In this document: positions 46,371 to 54,459 of the stretch, one piece after another
Layout: the number at the start of each line of letters is the position of its first letter
Numbering within the stretch: position 1 is the stretch's first letter
Source of the DNA: Gemmatimonadota bacterium
GTDB taxonomy: Bacteria; Gemmatimonadota; Gemmatimonadetes; Palauibacterales; Palauibacteraceae
Length of the DNA: 64,000 nt
Direction: 5' to 3'
Assembly: GCA_963666735.1 (NCBI GenBank)
Contig: OY762926.1
Location: forward strand, 2,208,001 to 2,272,000
The notes under the pieces: generated by a model
What the model was told of the DNA's origin: nothing
What the model saw: the letters and a program-made list of their open reading frames with translations, nothing else
Database searches by the model: none
Position numbers and translations under genes: made by a program

Positions 46371-47729
46371 ATGAACCTCACCCCCCGCCGGGCGGACCTC
46401 GCGCGCATGCTGCGCCTGGCCCTCCCGATCGTGACCGTCCAGGTCGGCATCATGATGATGGGCGTCGTGGACACGCTCATGGTCGGCCACCTGTCGGCGA
46501 CCGACCTCGCCGCGGTCGGCCTGGGAAATATCTACTTCTTCCAGATCGCCGTGTTCGGGATGGGCGTCCTCATGGCCCTCGATCCCATCGTCTCGCAGGG
46601 TGTGGGGGCGGGAGACCATGAAGCGGCCGCCCGGGGGATCCAGCGGGCGCTCGTGCTCACCCTCTTTCTGACGGCGATCACCTCCCTGCTTTTTCTGCCC
46701 GCCACGCGCGTCTTCGCCCTCCTGCGGCAGCCCGCCGATGTCGTGCCGGTCGCCGGGGGGTACGCGCTCGGGTCGATCCTCGGGATGCTCCCCTTCTACG
46801 CGTTCGTCGTACTCCGGCAGAGCCTGCAGGCGATGGGTCGCGTGGCGCCGATCGTGTGGACGATCGCGGGAGCGAACGCGCTGAACGCCTTCCTCAACTG
46901 GATCCTGATCTACGGGAATCTCGGGATCCCGCAACTCGGGGCCGTGGGCTCGGCGTGGGGGTCGAGTCTCGCCCGCTGGTGCATGGCGGTGGCCCTCCTC
47001 TGGCTGTCCTGGCCTTCCATGCGTCCCTACCTGGGCCGGTTTCGGCGCGAGGCCCTCCACGGGCGCGCACTCGTGCGCATGGTGCGGCTGGGCACGCCGA
47101 TCGGCTTTCAGCAGCAGCTCGAGTTCGGGGCCTTCGCCGTGATCGGCGTCATGATGGGCTGGCTCGGCACCGAGGCGATGGCGGGTCACCAGATCGCGCT
47201 CAACCTCGCCGCGCTCACCTTCATGGTGCCGTTCGGGATCGCAGCCGCTTCCGCCGTCCGGGTGGGACACGCCGTCGGACAGGCGGACATGGACGCGGCG
47301 AGGCGGGCCGCGGCCGCCGGGATCCAGATCAGCGGCGTCTTCATGCTCGCGACCGCCGCCGCCTTTCTCCTCTTCCCCCGCTTCTGGGCCGGCCTCTATT
47401 CGCACGATCTCCCGGTCATCGCGATCGCCGCCTCGCTGATCCCGATCGCCGGCGTCTTCCAGGTCACCGACGGCCTCCAGACCGTCGCGGCCGGCGTGCT
47501 GCGCGGCGCCGGAGACACCTTCACACCCTTCCTGGTGAACGCCCTCGGCTTCTGGCTGCTCGGCGTGCCGGTGAGCTACTTCCTGGCCTTCCGCGCCGAC
47601 TGGGGGCCGCGCGGCCTCTGGTGGGGCCTGGCCGCCGGACTTGCCGCGGTGGCGGTCCTCCTCTTCGCGCGCCTGGGCCGCGTCCTGCGCCGCGAGGTGC
47701 GCCGCGTGGCCATCGACACGCCCGTCTGA
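46371..47729 (+). CDS. MATE-family efflux transporter (NorM-like)
   Basis: RLALPI, VDTLMVGH, GNLGIPQLG, GTPIG..LE, HQIALN and D.LQ..AGVLRG.GDT. Confidence 0.93.
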   Translation: MNLTPRRADLARMLRLALPIVTVQVGIMMMGVVDTLMVGHLSATDLAAVGLGNIYFFQIAVFGMGVLMALDPIVSQGVGAGDHEAAARGIQRALVLTLFLTAITSLLFLPATRVFALLRQPADVVPVAGGYALGSILGMLPFYAFVVLRQSLQAMGRVAPIVWTIAGANALNAFLNWILIYGNLGIPQLGAVGSAWGSSLARWCMAVALLWLSWPSMRPYLGRFRREALHGRALVRMVRLGTPIGFQQQLEFGAFAVIGVMMGWLGTEAMAGHQIALNLAALTFMVPFGIAAASAVRVGHAVGQADMDAARRAAAAGIQISGVFMLATAAAFLLFPRFWAGLYSHDLPVIAIAASLIPIAGVFQVTDGLQTVAAGVLRGAGDTFTPFLVNALGFWLLGVPVSYFLAFRADWGPRGLWWGLAAGLAAVAVLLFARLGRVLRREVRRVAIDTPV

Positions 47730-47786
47730 CTTTCAGATGGACGCCGATTCACTTTCAATCGGTCGCCCCTCCGCTTTCAATCGGTC
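47729..47786 (+). promoter_or_regulatory. Three direct repeats (RCTTTCA; CTTTCAATCGGTC in copies 2-3) at 22-bp spacing; LytTR-type operator candidate
   Basis: Copies at 47729, 47751 and 47773, upstream of the GLPGLI gene. Confidence 0.55.
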
Positions 47787-47866
47787 ACGGAAGATTCGCG
47801 CTCCGGGGCGCTCTGCAACGTGGCCTTGGCGCCGTGTGTCCCATCTAACGGATGACGGACGACAAG

Positions 47867-47910
47867 CGGCGGGTTCCATGATTACACGACCGGCGGGTTC
47901 CATGATTACA
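47867..47910. repeat. 24-bp tandem duplication spanning the GLPGLI start codon
   Basis: CGGCGGGTTCCATGATTACA at 47867 and 47891, giving two in-frame ATGs (47878 and 47902). Confidence 0.85.
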
Positions 47911-48765
47911 AGACGACGTACACGACGACGGTTTGAGCGACGATTCCAGCGTTTCCTCCCGGCGGCCCTGCCGGTGGTGCTCCCGGCGGCCATCGCGGGC
48001 CTCGCGCCAGCGGCGCTGGGTGCGCAGGCCGGCCATGTCCACTATCTGCGCTCCGTGCAATACGACTTCCACGTGCCGGAGCGCTGGGCCGAGTTGCGCG
48101 ACCGGATCGCGGCGCAGAGCGCGGCCTCGATGGTGCTTCTCTTCGACGGCTCCCGGTCGATCATGATGCCGGATCCGGAGGAGGCGGAAGAGGCCCGCGG
48201 GGGCGGCGCCGACGGCTCGGACCGGATGGACCGCCGCGCGCTCGGGATGGCCCTGCGACTGCGGATGGCGTCCGCCTCGCGCAGCGATCAGGAGGACCTG
48301 CTCCAGGCCTATGTGGACTTCGGGAGCGGGGCGATCACGGAAACGCGCGAGTTCATGGGCCGGACGTTCCTCATCTCGGGGGACCGGCCCACGTACCAGT
48401 GGAAGCTCGGGACGGAGCAGCGCGAATTCCTCGGCTTCATGGTGCAGAAGGCAACGGCCGTCCACGACGGGGCGGAGATCGAAGCCTGGTTCACGCCCCA
48501 GATCCCGGTGCAGGCGGGTCCCGGGCAGTACGGCGGGCTTCCCGGGCTCATCCTCGTGCTCTCGCTCGACGGCGGGCACCTGCTCTACTCGGCGACCGAG
48601 GTGAGCCTCGAGGGCCTCGGCGACGTCGAGATCGTACCACCGACGGAGGGAGACATGGTCACACGCGAGGAGTACGAAGCCCTCGTGGAGGAGAAGATCG
48701 AGGAAATCCGGGCCACGCGCGGAGCCGGCAACCGGCGTCGCCCCTTTGACGGGGGGGTCCGATGA
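47878..48765 (+). CDS. GLPGLI-family secreted protein
   Basis: WKL..E.....GF..QKA and AWFTPQIP...GP..YGGLPGLIL. Confidence 0.92.
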   Translation: MITRPAGSMITRRRTRRRFERRFQRFLPAALPVVLPAAIAGLAPAALGAQAGHVHYLRSVQYDFHVPERWAELRDRIAAQSAASMVLLFDGSRSIMMPDPEEAEEARGGGADGSDRMDRRALGMALRLRMASASRSDQEDLLQAYVDFGSGAITETREFMGRTFLISGDRPTYQWKLGTEQREFLGFMVQKATAVHDGAEIEAWFTPQIPVQAGPGQYGGLPGLILVLSLDGGHLLYSATEVSLEGLGDVEIVPPTEGDMVTREEYEALVEEKIEEIRATRGAGNRRRPFDGGVR

Positions 48766-51647
48766 GGCGGCCCGGGCCGATGGGTCCGACCCCGGCGTTC
48801 CCGGCGCGGCCGCGGCCGATCCTGGCGCTGCTGGCGGCGGGGCTGGCGTTCACGGCGTTCCTGCCCCGTCTCGTCGAGGCCCAGGACGAATACACCGTGA
48901 GCGGCGTGATCGCCGACGCGGCGGGTGACGGGCTCAGCGGCGCCATGGTGGTGGCGCTCGCGAAGCCCGACTCGGTGCTGACCCGGTTCACCACCTCCAA
49001 CGGCGACGGCATCTTCGCTCTGGGGGACCTGGAACCCGGGGAGTACATCCTGCAGGTCACTCTCCTCGGGCACGGCACGGTGCGGCAGGATCTCTCCCTC
49101 ACGGGTGAGGACGTACGCGTCGGCACGATCACGCTCGAGGTGATGCCGGTGGAGATGGATCCACTCGTCATCACCCTCGACCACGTGCCCTTCCTGAACC
49201 GGCGCGACACCCTCGGCTACAACGCCCTCGCCTTCCGGACGCGGCCCAACGCGACGGTGGAGGACCTCCTCCGCCAGCTTCCGGGGATCGAGGTCGAGAA
49301 CGACGGATCGATCACGGCGCAGGGCGAAGAGGTCGAGAATGTCCTCGTGGACGGCAGGGAGTTCTTCGGGGGCGATCCGGCGATGGCGACTCAGAATCTG
49401 CCCGCCGAAGCCGTGGAGAAGGTGGAGGTCTACGACAAAGAGTCGGACATGGCCGAGTTCACGGGCATCGCCGACGGCGAGGAAGAGCGTACGATCAACC
49501 TGGAACTCAAGGAAGAGGCCCGGTCGGGCTACTTCGGCCGCACGTCGGGCGGACTCGGGGCGGACGTGGAGAACGCGTCCGTTTCCCCCGGATTCGGCGA
49601 GCGCGCGGCCGCGCGGCTCCCCGCCACGAGCGAGTCCGGGACGGTGGCCGGCGGGATTCCGTACGCGGGCGCCCTGTCGATCAACCGGTTTTCCCCCACC
49701 ACGCAGCTCGCCATCGTCGGAAGCGCGAACAACGTGAACCAGGCCGGGTTCGGGTGGGGCGATGCGATGTCGTTCGGCGGACGGGACTTCGGCCGCGGCG
49801 GCGGCGGCGACGACGGGCTCACCGAGACCGCCATGCTGGCGCTCAACGTCAACCACGACTTCGGCGGGAACGACGACCACTGGATCCGGACGAGCTACCG
49901 TCTCAGCACGCTCGACAACTTCCAGAACGAGACGCAAAGGCAGGAGCAACTCCTCGGCACGAGCGCTTCATCCCTCGTCGACCGCGCCACGCGCACGGAC
50001 ACCGAAAACTCTAGCCACCGGGTCAACCTCAATTCCCAGTTCACGCTCTCGGAGGGCCATGAACTGCGGCTGCGCGGGAATCTGAACGCCCGCACCTCGC
50101 TGCTCGACCGCGTGGACTTCCAGGACACGCGCTCGGGCACCGGACAGTTCCTGACGGCCGCGGCGACGAACTACGATGTGGACAGCGACGACGTGGGCGG
50201 CGACGCCCGGCTCACGTGGCGCAAGCGACTCGACGACAGCGGGCGGAGTCTTTTCGCGGAGGCCCGGGTGAACCTCAGCGATGCCGACCGCTTCACGAAC
50301 CTCGCGTCGTCGATCGAGGGCAACGTGGAGAACCCGCGGGCCCGGGCCGGCGACGTGCTCCAGGAGCAGACGAATGTCGGTCAGACGCTGACGCACTCGG
50401 TCCGGTTGTCCATGACCCAGCCCATGCCCGCCGGCTCCATGCTGGAGGTCTACGGGGAGCGGAGCGCGACCGCCGAGGACGAGAACCAGTCGGTGTTCGA
50501 CATCGGGACTGACGGCCGGACGCCGAACCCGCTCCTCACCTCCGGGTTCGAGCGAACGTACAGCTACCTGCGCGGCGGCTTTCGCTTCAACCGCTCGAAC
50601 GAGGCCGGACGGCTCGTGCTCGGACTGCGCCTCCAGGGTTCGAATCTCGACGGGACGATCCTCGACCGGAGCGAGGAGATCACGAACGGATACACGCACG
50701 TGCTGCCCAACGCCGAATACCGGCTGCAGCTCGACGACATGCGCACGCTTCAGTTCCGGTACTCGACGTCCACGCGCGAGCCGCGCATGACGGATCTTCA
50801 GCCCTTCGTCGACAATCGCGATCCGTTGCGGATCCGGGTGGGGAACCCGGACCTGCAGCCGGAATACACGCACCGTCTGCGGACGGAATACCGCTTCTTC
50901 GACACGTTCAGCTTCGTCAACCTGTTCACCTGGGCGAACGTCAGCGTCACGACGAACGACATCTCCCAGGCCCGGACAGTGACGGAGCGGGGGCTGCAGA
51001 CGATTTCGCCCGTGAACCTCGGGCGCTCGTGGTCGGCGAACGGCGGCGCGAGCTTCGGAACGCCGCTGCGCTGGATGGGCGGACAGGTGGACCTGAACTA
51101 CAACCTCGGATACTCGAGTTCGAACGAGTTCGTGAACCAGGTCGAGAACCTGAGCCGCTCGCTCTCGCACACCTTCGGAGTCGAACTCGAGAACCGTGCC
51201 AAGGAGGACTACGATGTGCGCGGCGGCGCCAAGGTGACGCTGAGCGACGTCAGCTATTCCCTGAACGAGGAGTTGAACGAGGACTACGTCAATTCCACGC
51301 TGTACGGGAGCGCGGACTTCTACCTGGGGGCGTGGACGCTGGGCACGGAGCTTCAGTGGAGGCTCTACGACCAGGACCTGTTCGGCCCGGGGCGGAATGT
51401 CGCGCTGTGGGAGGCTTCCCTGCAGCGCCGCATCCTGAACGATCAGGCCGAGATCCGGCTGGTGGGGTTCGACCTTCTGGGCCAGAATCAGGGGGTGACG
51501 TACACGAACTCGCCCGGCTTCATTCGGGAGAGTCGGATCGAGTCGCTCACGCAGTACGTGATGCTGAACTTCACCTGGTATCTCGGGAACCGCTCCATGG
51601 CCGGCGGCGGTGGCGGGGGCCGCGGGGGAGACCGCTCCCGCAGGTAG
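48762..51647 (+). CDS. Outer-membrane beta-barrel receptor (carboxypeptidase-regulatory + plug + barrel), GLPGLI-associated
   Basis: DTL.YNA..F...PNA..EDLL..LPG, VDG.EFFG.D, EKVEVYD, TINL.LK and GNPDL.P; ATGA overlap. Confidence 0.88.
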   Translation: MRRPGPMGPTPAFPARPRPILALLAAGLAFTAFLPRLVEAQDEYTVSGVIADAAGDGLSGAMVVALAKPDSVLTRFTTSNGDGIFALGDLEPGEYILQVTLLGHGTVRQDLSLTGEDVRVGTITLEVMPVEMDPLVITLDHVPFLNRRDTLGYNALAFRTRPNATVEDLLRQLPGIEVENDGSITAQGEEVENVLVDGREFFGGDPAMATQNLPAEAVEKVEVYDKESDMAEFTGIADGEEERTINLELKEEARSGYFGRTSGGLGADVENASVSPGFGERAAARLPATSESGTVAGGIPYAGALSINRFSPTTQLAIVGSANNVNQAGFGWGDAMSFGGRDFGRGGGGDDGLTETAMLALNVNHDFGGNDDHWIRTSYRLSTLDNFQNETQRQEQLLGTSASSLVDRATRTDTENSSHRVNLNSQFTLSEGHELRLRGNLNARTSLLDRVDFQDTRSGTGQFLTAAATNYDVDSDDVGGDARLTWRKRLDDSGRSLFAEARVNLSDADRFTNLASSIEGNVENPRARAGDVLQEQTNVGQTLTHSVRLSMTQPMPAGSMLEVYGERSATAEDENQSVFDIGTDGRTPNPLLTSGFERTYSYLRGGFRFNRSNEAGRLVLGLRLQGSNLDGTILDRSEEITNGYTHVLPNAEYRLQLDDMRTLQFRYSTSTREPRMTDLQPFVDNRDPLRIRVGNPDLQPEYTHRLRTEYRFFDTFSFVNLFTWANVSVTTNDISQARTVTERGLQTISPVNLGRSWSANGGASFGTPLRWMGGQVDLNYNLGYSSSNEFVNQVENLSRSLSHTFGVELENRAKEDYDVRGGAKVTLSDVSYSLNEELNEDYVNSTLYGSADFYLGAWTLGTELQWRLYDQDLFGPGRNVALWEASLQRRILNDQAEIRLVGFDLLGQNQGVTYTNSPGFIRESRIESLTQYVMLNFTWYLGNRSMAGGGGGGRGGDRSRR

Positions 51648-51684
51648 CCCGGAGGACAACTTCCAGCACGGCACGGGGTTCGTC

Positions 51685-52782
51685 ATGACCGAACCGGCGG
51701 GTGGGCGCGTGGTCTCGCTCGACGCGTTCCGGGGGTTGACGATCGCGGCGATGATTCTCGTCAACAATCCCGGCAGTTGGAGCCATGTCTACGCGCCCCT
51801 CGCCCACGCGGAGTGGCACGGGTGGACGCCCACCGATCTCATCTTCCCCTACTTCCTCTTCATCGTCGGCGTCGCGCTCCCCTTCTCCTTCGCGCGCCGC
51901 CTCGCGGAGGGCACGGACCGGGGACGGCTGTTCCGGCACGTCGTGCGCCGCTCGCTCATTCTGATCGGGTTGGGTCTGGCGATGCGGGCCATCCCGGACT
52001 TCGACCTCTTCGACATGCGACTCTACGGGGTGCTGCAGCGGATCGGACTCGTGTACTGCGCGGCGGCGGCGCTCTACCTGTGGGGATCCGCGCGCGTGCG
52101 GTGGGCCGCCGTCGGCGTGCTCCTGTTCGGATACTGGGCGCTCGTGGCGGGGGACCTGTCGCCGGACGGGAATCTCGGCGCCCGGCTTGACCGGCTCATC
52201 ATGGGCGACCGGCTGTGGCAGGGGACGTGGGATCCGGAGGGGCTCCTCTCGACGTTGCCCGCCGTGGGGACGTGCCTGCTGGGGATCTTCTGCGGGGAGT
52301 GGCTCCGGTCGGAGCGCTCGGGAGTGGCGATCTCGCGCGGAATGTGGATCGCCAGCGCCTCGCTCGTCGTGCTCGGACTCGCGTGGGACACGGTGTTCCC
52401 GATCAACAAGAACCTGTGGTCGAGTTCCTACGTCCTCTTCAGCGCGGGGACGGCGCTGCTCCTGTTCGGCGCGATGTACTGGGCGATCGACGTGAAGCGG
52501 ATCCGGGACGGCGGGCGCGGGGCGTGGGTGACGCCGCTCGTCGTGTACGGGATGAATTCGATCGCGGTGTTCGTCGCCTCGGGCATGTTCGCCAAGATGC
52601 TGGCCCGCATCCGGGTCGGAGGCGACGGAGGCATGTCGCTGAGCGCGTGGTTGTACGAGAACGCGTTCCGGTCATGGGCGGGCGGCTACGGCGGATCGCT
52701 CGCGATGGCGCTGGCCCAGGTCGTGTTTTGGCTGGGCATCATGTGGCTCCTCCACCGGCGCCGCGTCTACATCAAGATCTAG
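51685..52782 (+). CDS. HGSNAT-like membrane acyltransferase
   Basis: SLDAFRG.TIA.MILVN, HAEWHG..TDLIFP.FLF, GVLQRI, DPEGLLS and PINKNLW. Confidence 0.92.
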   Translation: MTEPAGGRVVSLDAFRGLTIAAMILVNNPGSWSHVYAPLAHAEWHGWTPTDLIFPYFLFIVGVALPFSFARRLAEGTDRGRLFRHVVRRSLILIGLGLAMRAIPDFDLFDMRLYGVLQRIGLVYCAAAALYLWGSARVRWAAVGVLLFGYWALVAGDLSPDGNLGARLDRLIMGDRLWQGTWDPEGLLSTLPAVGTCLLGIFCGEWLRSERSGVAISRGMWIASASLVVLGLAWDTVFPINKNLWSSSYVLFSAGTALLLFGAMYWAIDVKRIRDGGRGAWVTPLVVYGMNSIAVFVASGMFAKMLARIRVGGDGGMSLSAWLYENAFRSWAGGYGGSLAMALAQVVFWLGIMWLLHRRRVYIKI

Positions 52783-52785
52783 TTT

Positions 52786-52952
52786 CTAGTGTCGTGTCCC
52801 GGAAATACGCGAGCTACCGAGAGTGCCGAGGCGCCGGACTCCGCAAGGCGCTCGGACGAGGAATGGCAGCGCCATTTCGAGGAGGAGCAACGCCGCGGAT
52901 CCGGATGCATCGGCGATCGAATAGCCGACGGATTTCCGGGACACGACACTAG
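52786..52952. mobile_element. MITE-like element: 159-bp core with perfect 17-bp terminal inverted repeats, flanked by CTAG on both sides
   Basis: TGTCGTGTCCCGGAAAT (52790-52806) and ATTTCCGGGACACGACA (52932-52948); CTAG at 52786-52789 and 52949-52952; no credible coding capacity. Confidence 0.85.
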
Positions 52953-54028
52953 TGGTTTACCTGGCACGTCCGGCGGTCTACATCACCTTCCAGTCGCATA
53001 CGCATGATGTACTCGATGTCGAGATCATCCGACCACACCACATGTACCGCACCGCCAAGACCCACGTGGGTCAACGAGACGGGAAGGGGAAGCGAGACGG
53101 AACCCCGGCGCTCGCCGCAGTTGTCCAGCAGGTCCCATGTAGTTTCGGCGTTGGCGCCGGCGTGGCGAATCCAAACCCAGCCTTCGGGCGAGACATCCAA
53201 TTCGGCCGGTGCGATCTCCAGATCGAACGTACGCAGCGTATCGCCCGTGAAAGCCATCTCGTGCAGTTCGCGTCTCTCGCTGACGGATATCCAGACCGTG
53301 CCGCGCGCTGTCGAGATGGTCCAGACGTGCTCATCCCGCTCGGGCCGTTTGTCGGAGACGGCAATGCTGGCACGGGTCAGACCGATCGTCCTTTCGGTCG
53401 TTCGAGTCTCACCGCTCTCATAGACCCGAGAATCAATTGTAAGCGTGTCGCGGAACACCGCGCCGTGCTCCGGCGTCGGGACGCCACGCGCAACGTATGA
53501 GAAAGAGGTGTCGCCGATGGGCAGGCGCTGGTACTCATAGATGTGGCCCCGCGGATCGACCTGCACGATCTTGCCAACCGGATTATCCGGGTTGGTGTAG
53601 AAGTTGGTGGCGCGCATGTCTCGCCTGTACTCCACCCCGAGCGAGTCCATCACCTGCCGCTGATAGCCGTCATCGATCCAGAGCCACGCGCGGTCCGCGT
53701 CCCACGTCACGCTGGTGAGACCGGCGTACGACATGCGGCGGTGGCGACGTTCGCCGGGGCCCTCGCCCTCGGGCGCAATCTCACGGACGAGTTGTCCATC
53801 GCGGTCGAACACGCGCACGTTTTGCATGCCCGGATCGACCACGTAGATCCGGCCATCGCCGTCCACGGTGAGGTCGTGGATATCGCTGAACATGTCGGAC
53901 TCCAACCCCTCGACACGACCCAACCGGAGTTCCTCGACCAAGCGGAGATCGCCGGCCTGGGCAGCGGTAACCGACGCCGCCCAGATCAGCGAACCGAACG
54001 CCAGCGATGCGGAACTCAGTATTTGCAC
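52949..54028 (-). CDS. Secreted 6-bladed beta-propeller (NHL-like) protein
   Basis: EELRLG, F..I.DLTVD.DGRIYV.D, VRVFD.DG and GEGPGE; signal-like N-terminus. Confidence 0.8.
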   Translation of the reverse strand: MQILSSASLAFGSLIWAASVTAAQAGDLRLVEELRLGRVEGLESDMFSDIHDLTVDGDGRIYVVDPGMQNVRVFDRDGQLVREIAPEGEGPGERRHRRMSYAGLTSVTWDADRAWLWIDDGYQRQVMDSLGVEYRRDMRATNFYTNPDNPVGKIVQVDPRGHIYEYQRLPIGDTSFSYVARGVPTPEHGAVFRDTLTIDSRVYESGETRTTERTIGLTRASIAVSDKRPERDEHVWTISTARGTVWISVSERRELHEMAFTGDTLRTFDLEIAPAELDVSPEGWVWIRHAGANAETTWDLLDNCGERRGSVSLPLPVSLTHVGLGGAVHVVWSDDLDIEYIMRMRLEGDVDRRTCQVNH

Positions 54029-54354
54029 GAAGCCTCCGCTCTGATGTGATAGTACCCACCCCCGAGGTAGAAGCACGACACCATGTCGAAATGATCAAGC
54101 TCGCCGCCATCTTCCTCGCATTCGGCTGCGATCGCATCTGCAATCGCACTCGCGATCTCCGTGCAGTTTGAAGCCGTCGCTCCGCCGGCATCCGTGAAGG
54201 TCGTGCATGCCATCGTGTCGATCAATTCGAGTGCGATGACAGGCGTAGCGGCAGTCTGGGTTTCGGTCGCCAAAGCCGCCGACAACGGCATCACGGCGAT
54301 CAACATGAGCAACCCGACGACGAACGAGCCGACACGAAGCAATCCGAACCTCAT
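54016..54354 (-). CDS. Small secreted Cys-containing hypothetical protein (112 aa)
   Basis: GGGAGG-like RBS before ATG 54354; signal peptide ending ALA; five Cys; overlaps the propeller start. Confidence 0.7.
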   Translation of the reverse strand: MRFGLLRVGSFVVGLLMLIAVMPLSAALATETQTAATPVIALELIDTMACTTFTDAGGATASNCTEIASAIADAIAAECEEDGGELDHFDMVSCFYLGGGYYHIRAEASCKY

Positions 54355-54459
54355 GATATCCTCCCGCGTTGCAGAGTCTCCGACGACCAACAGGGCCGCT
54401 TTGCCGAGGGAGATGGTACCGCGAGGCCGGGGGGGGACAAGTTCTGATTGGGAAGCAAC

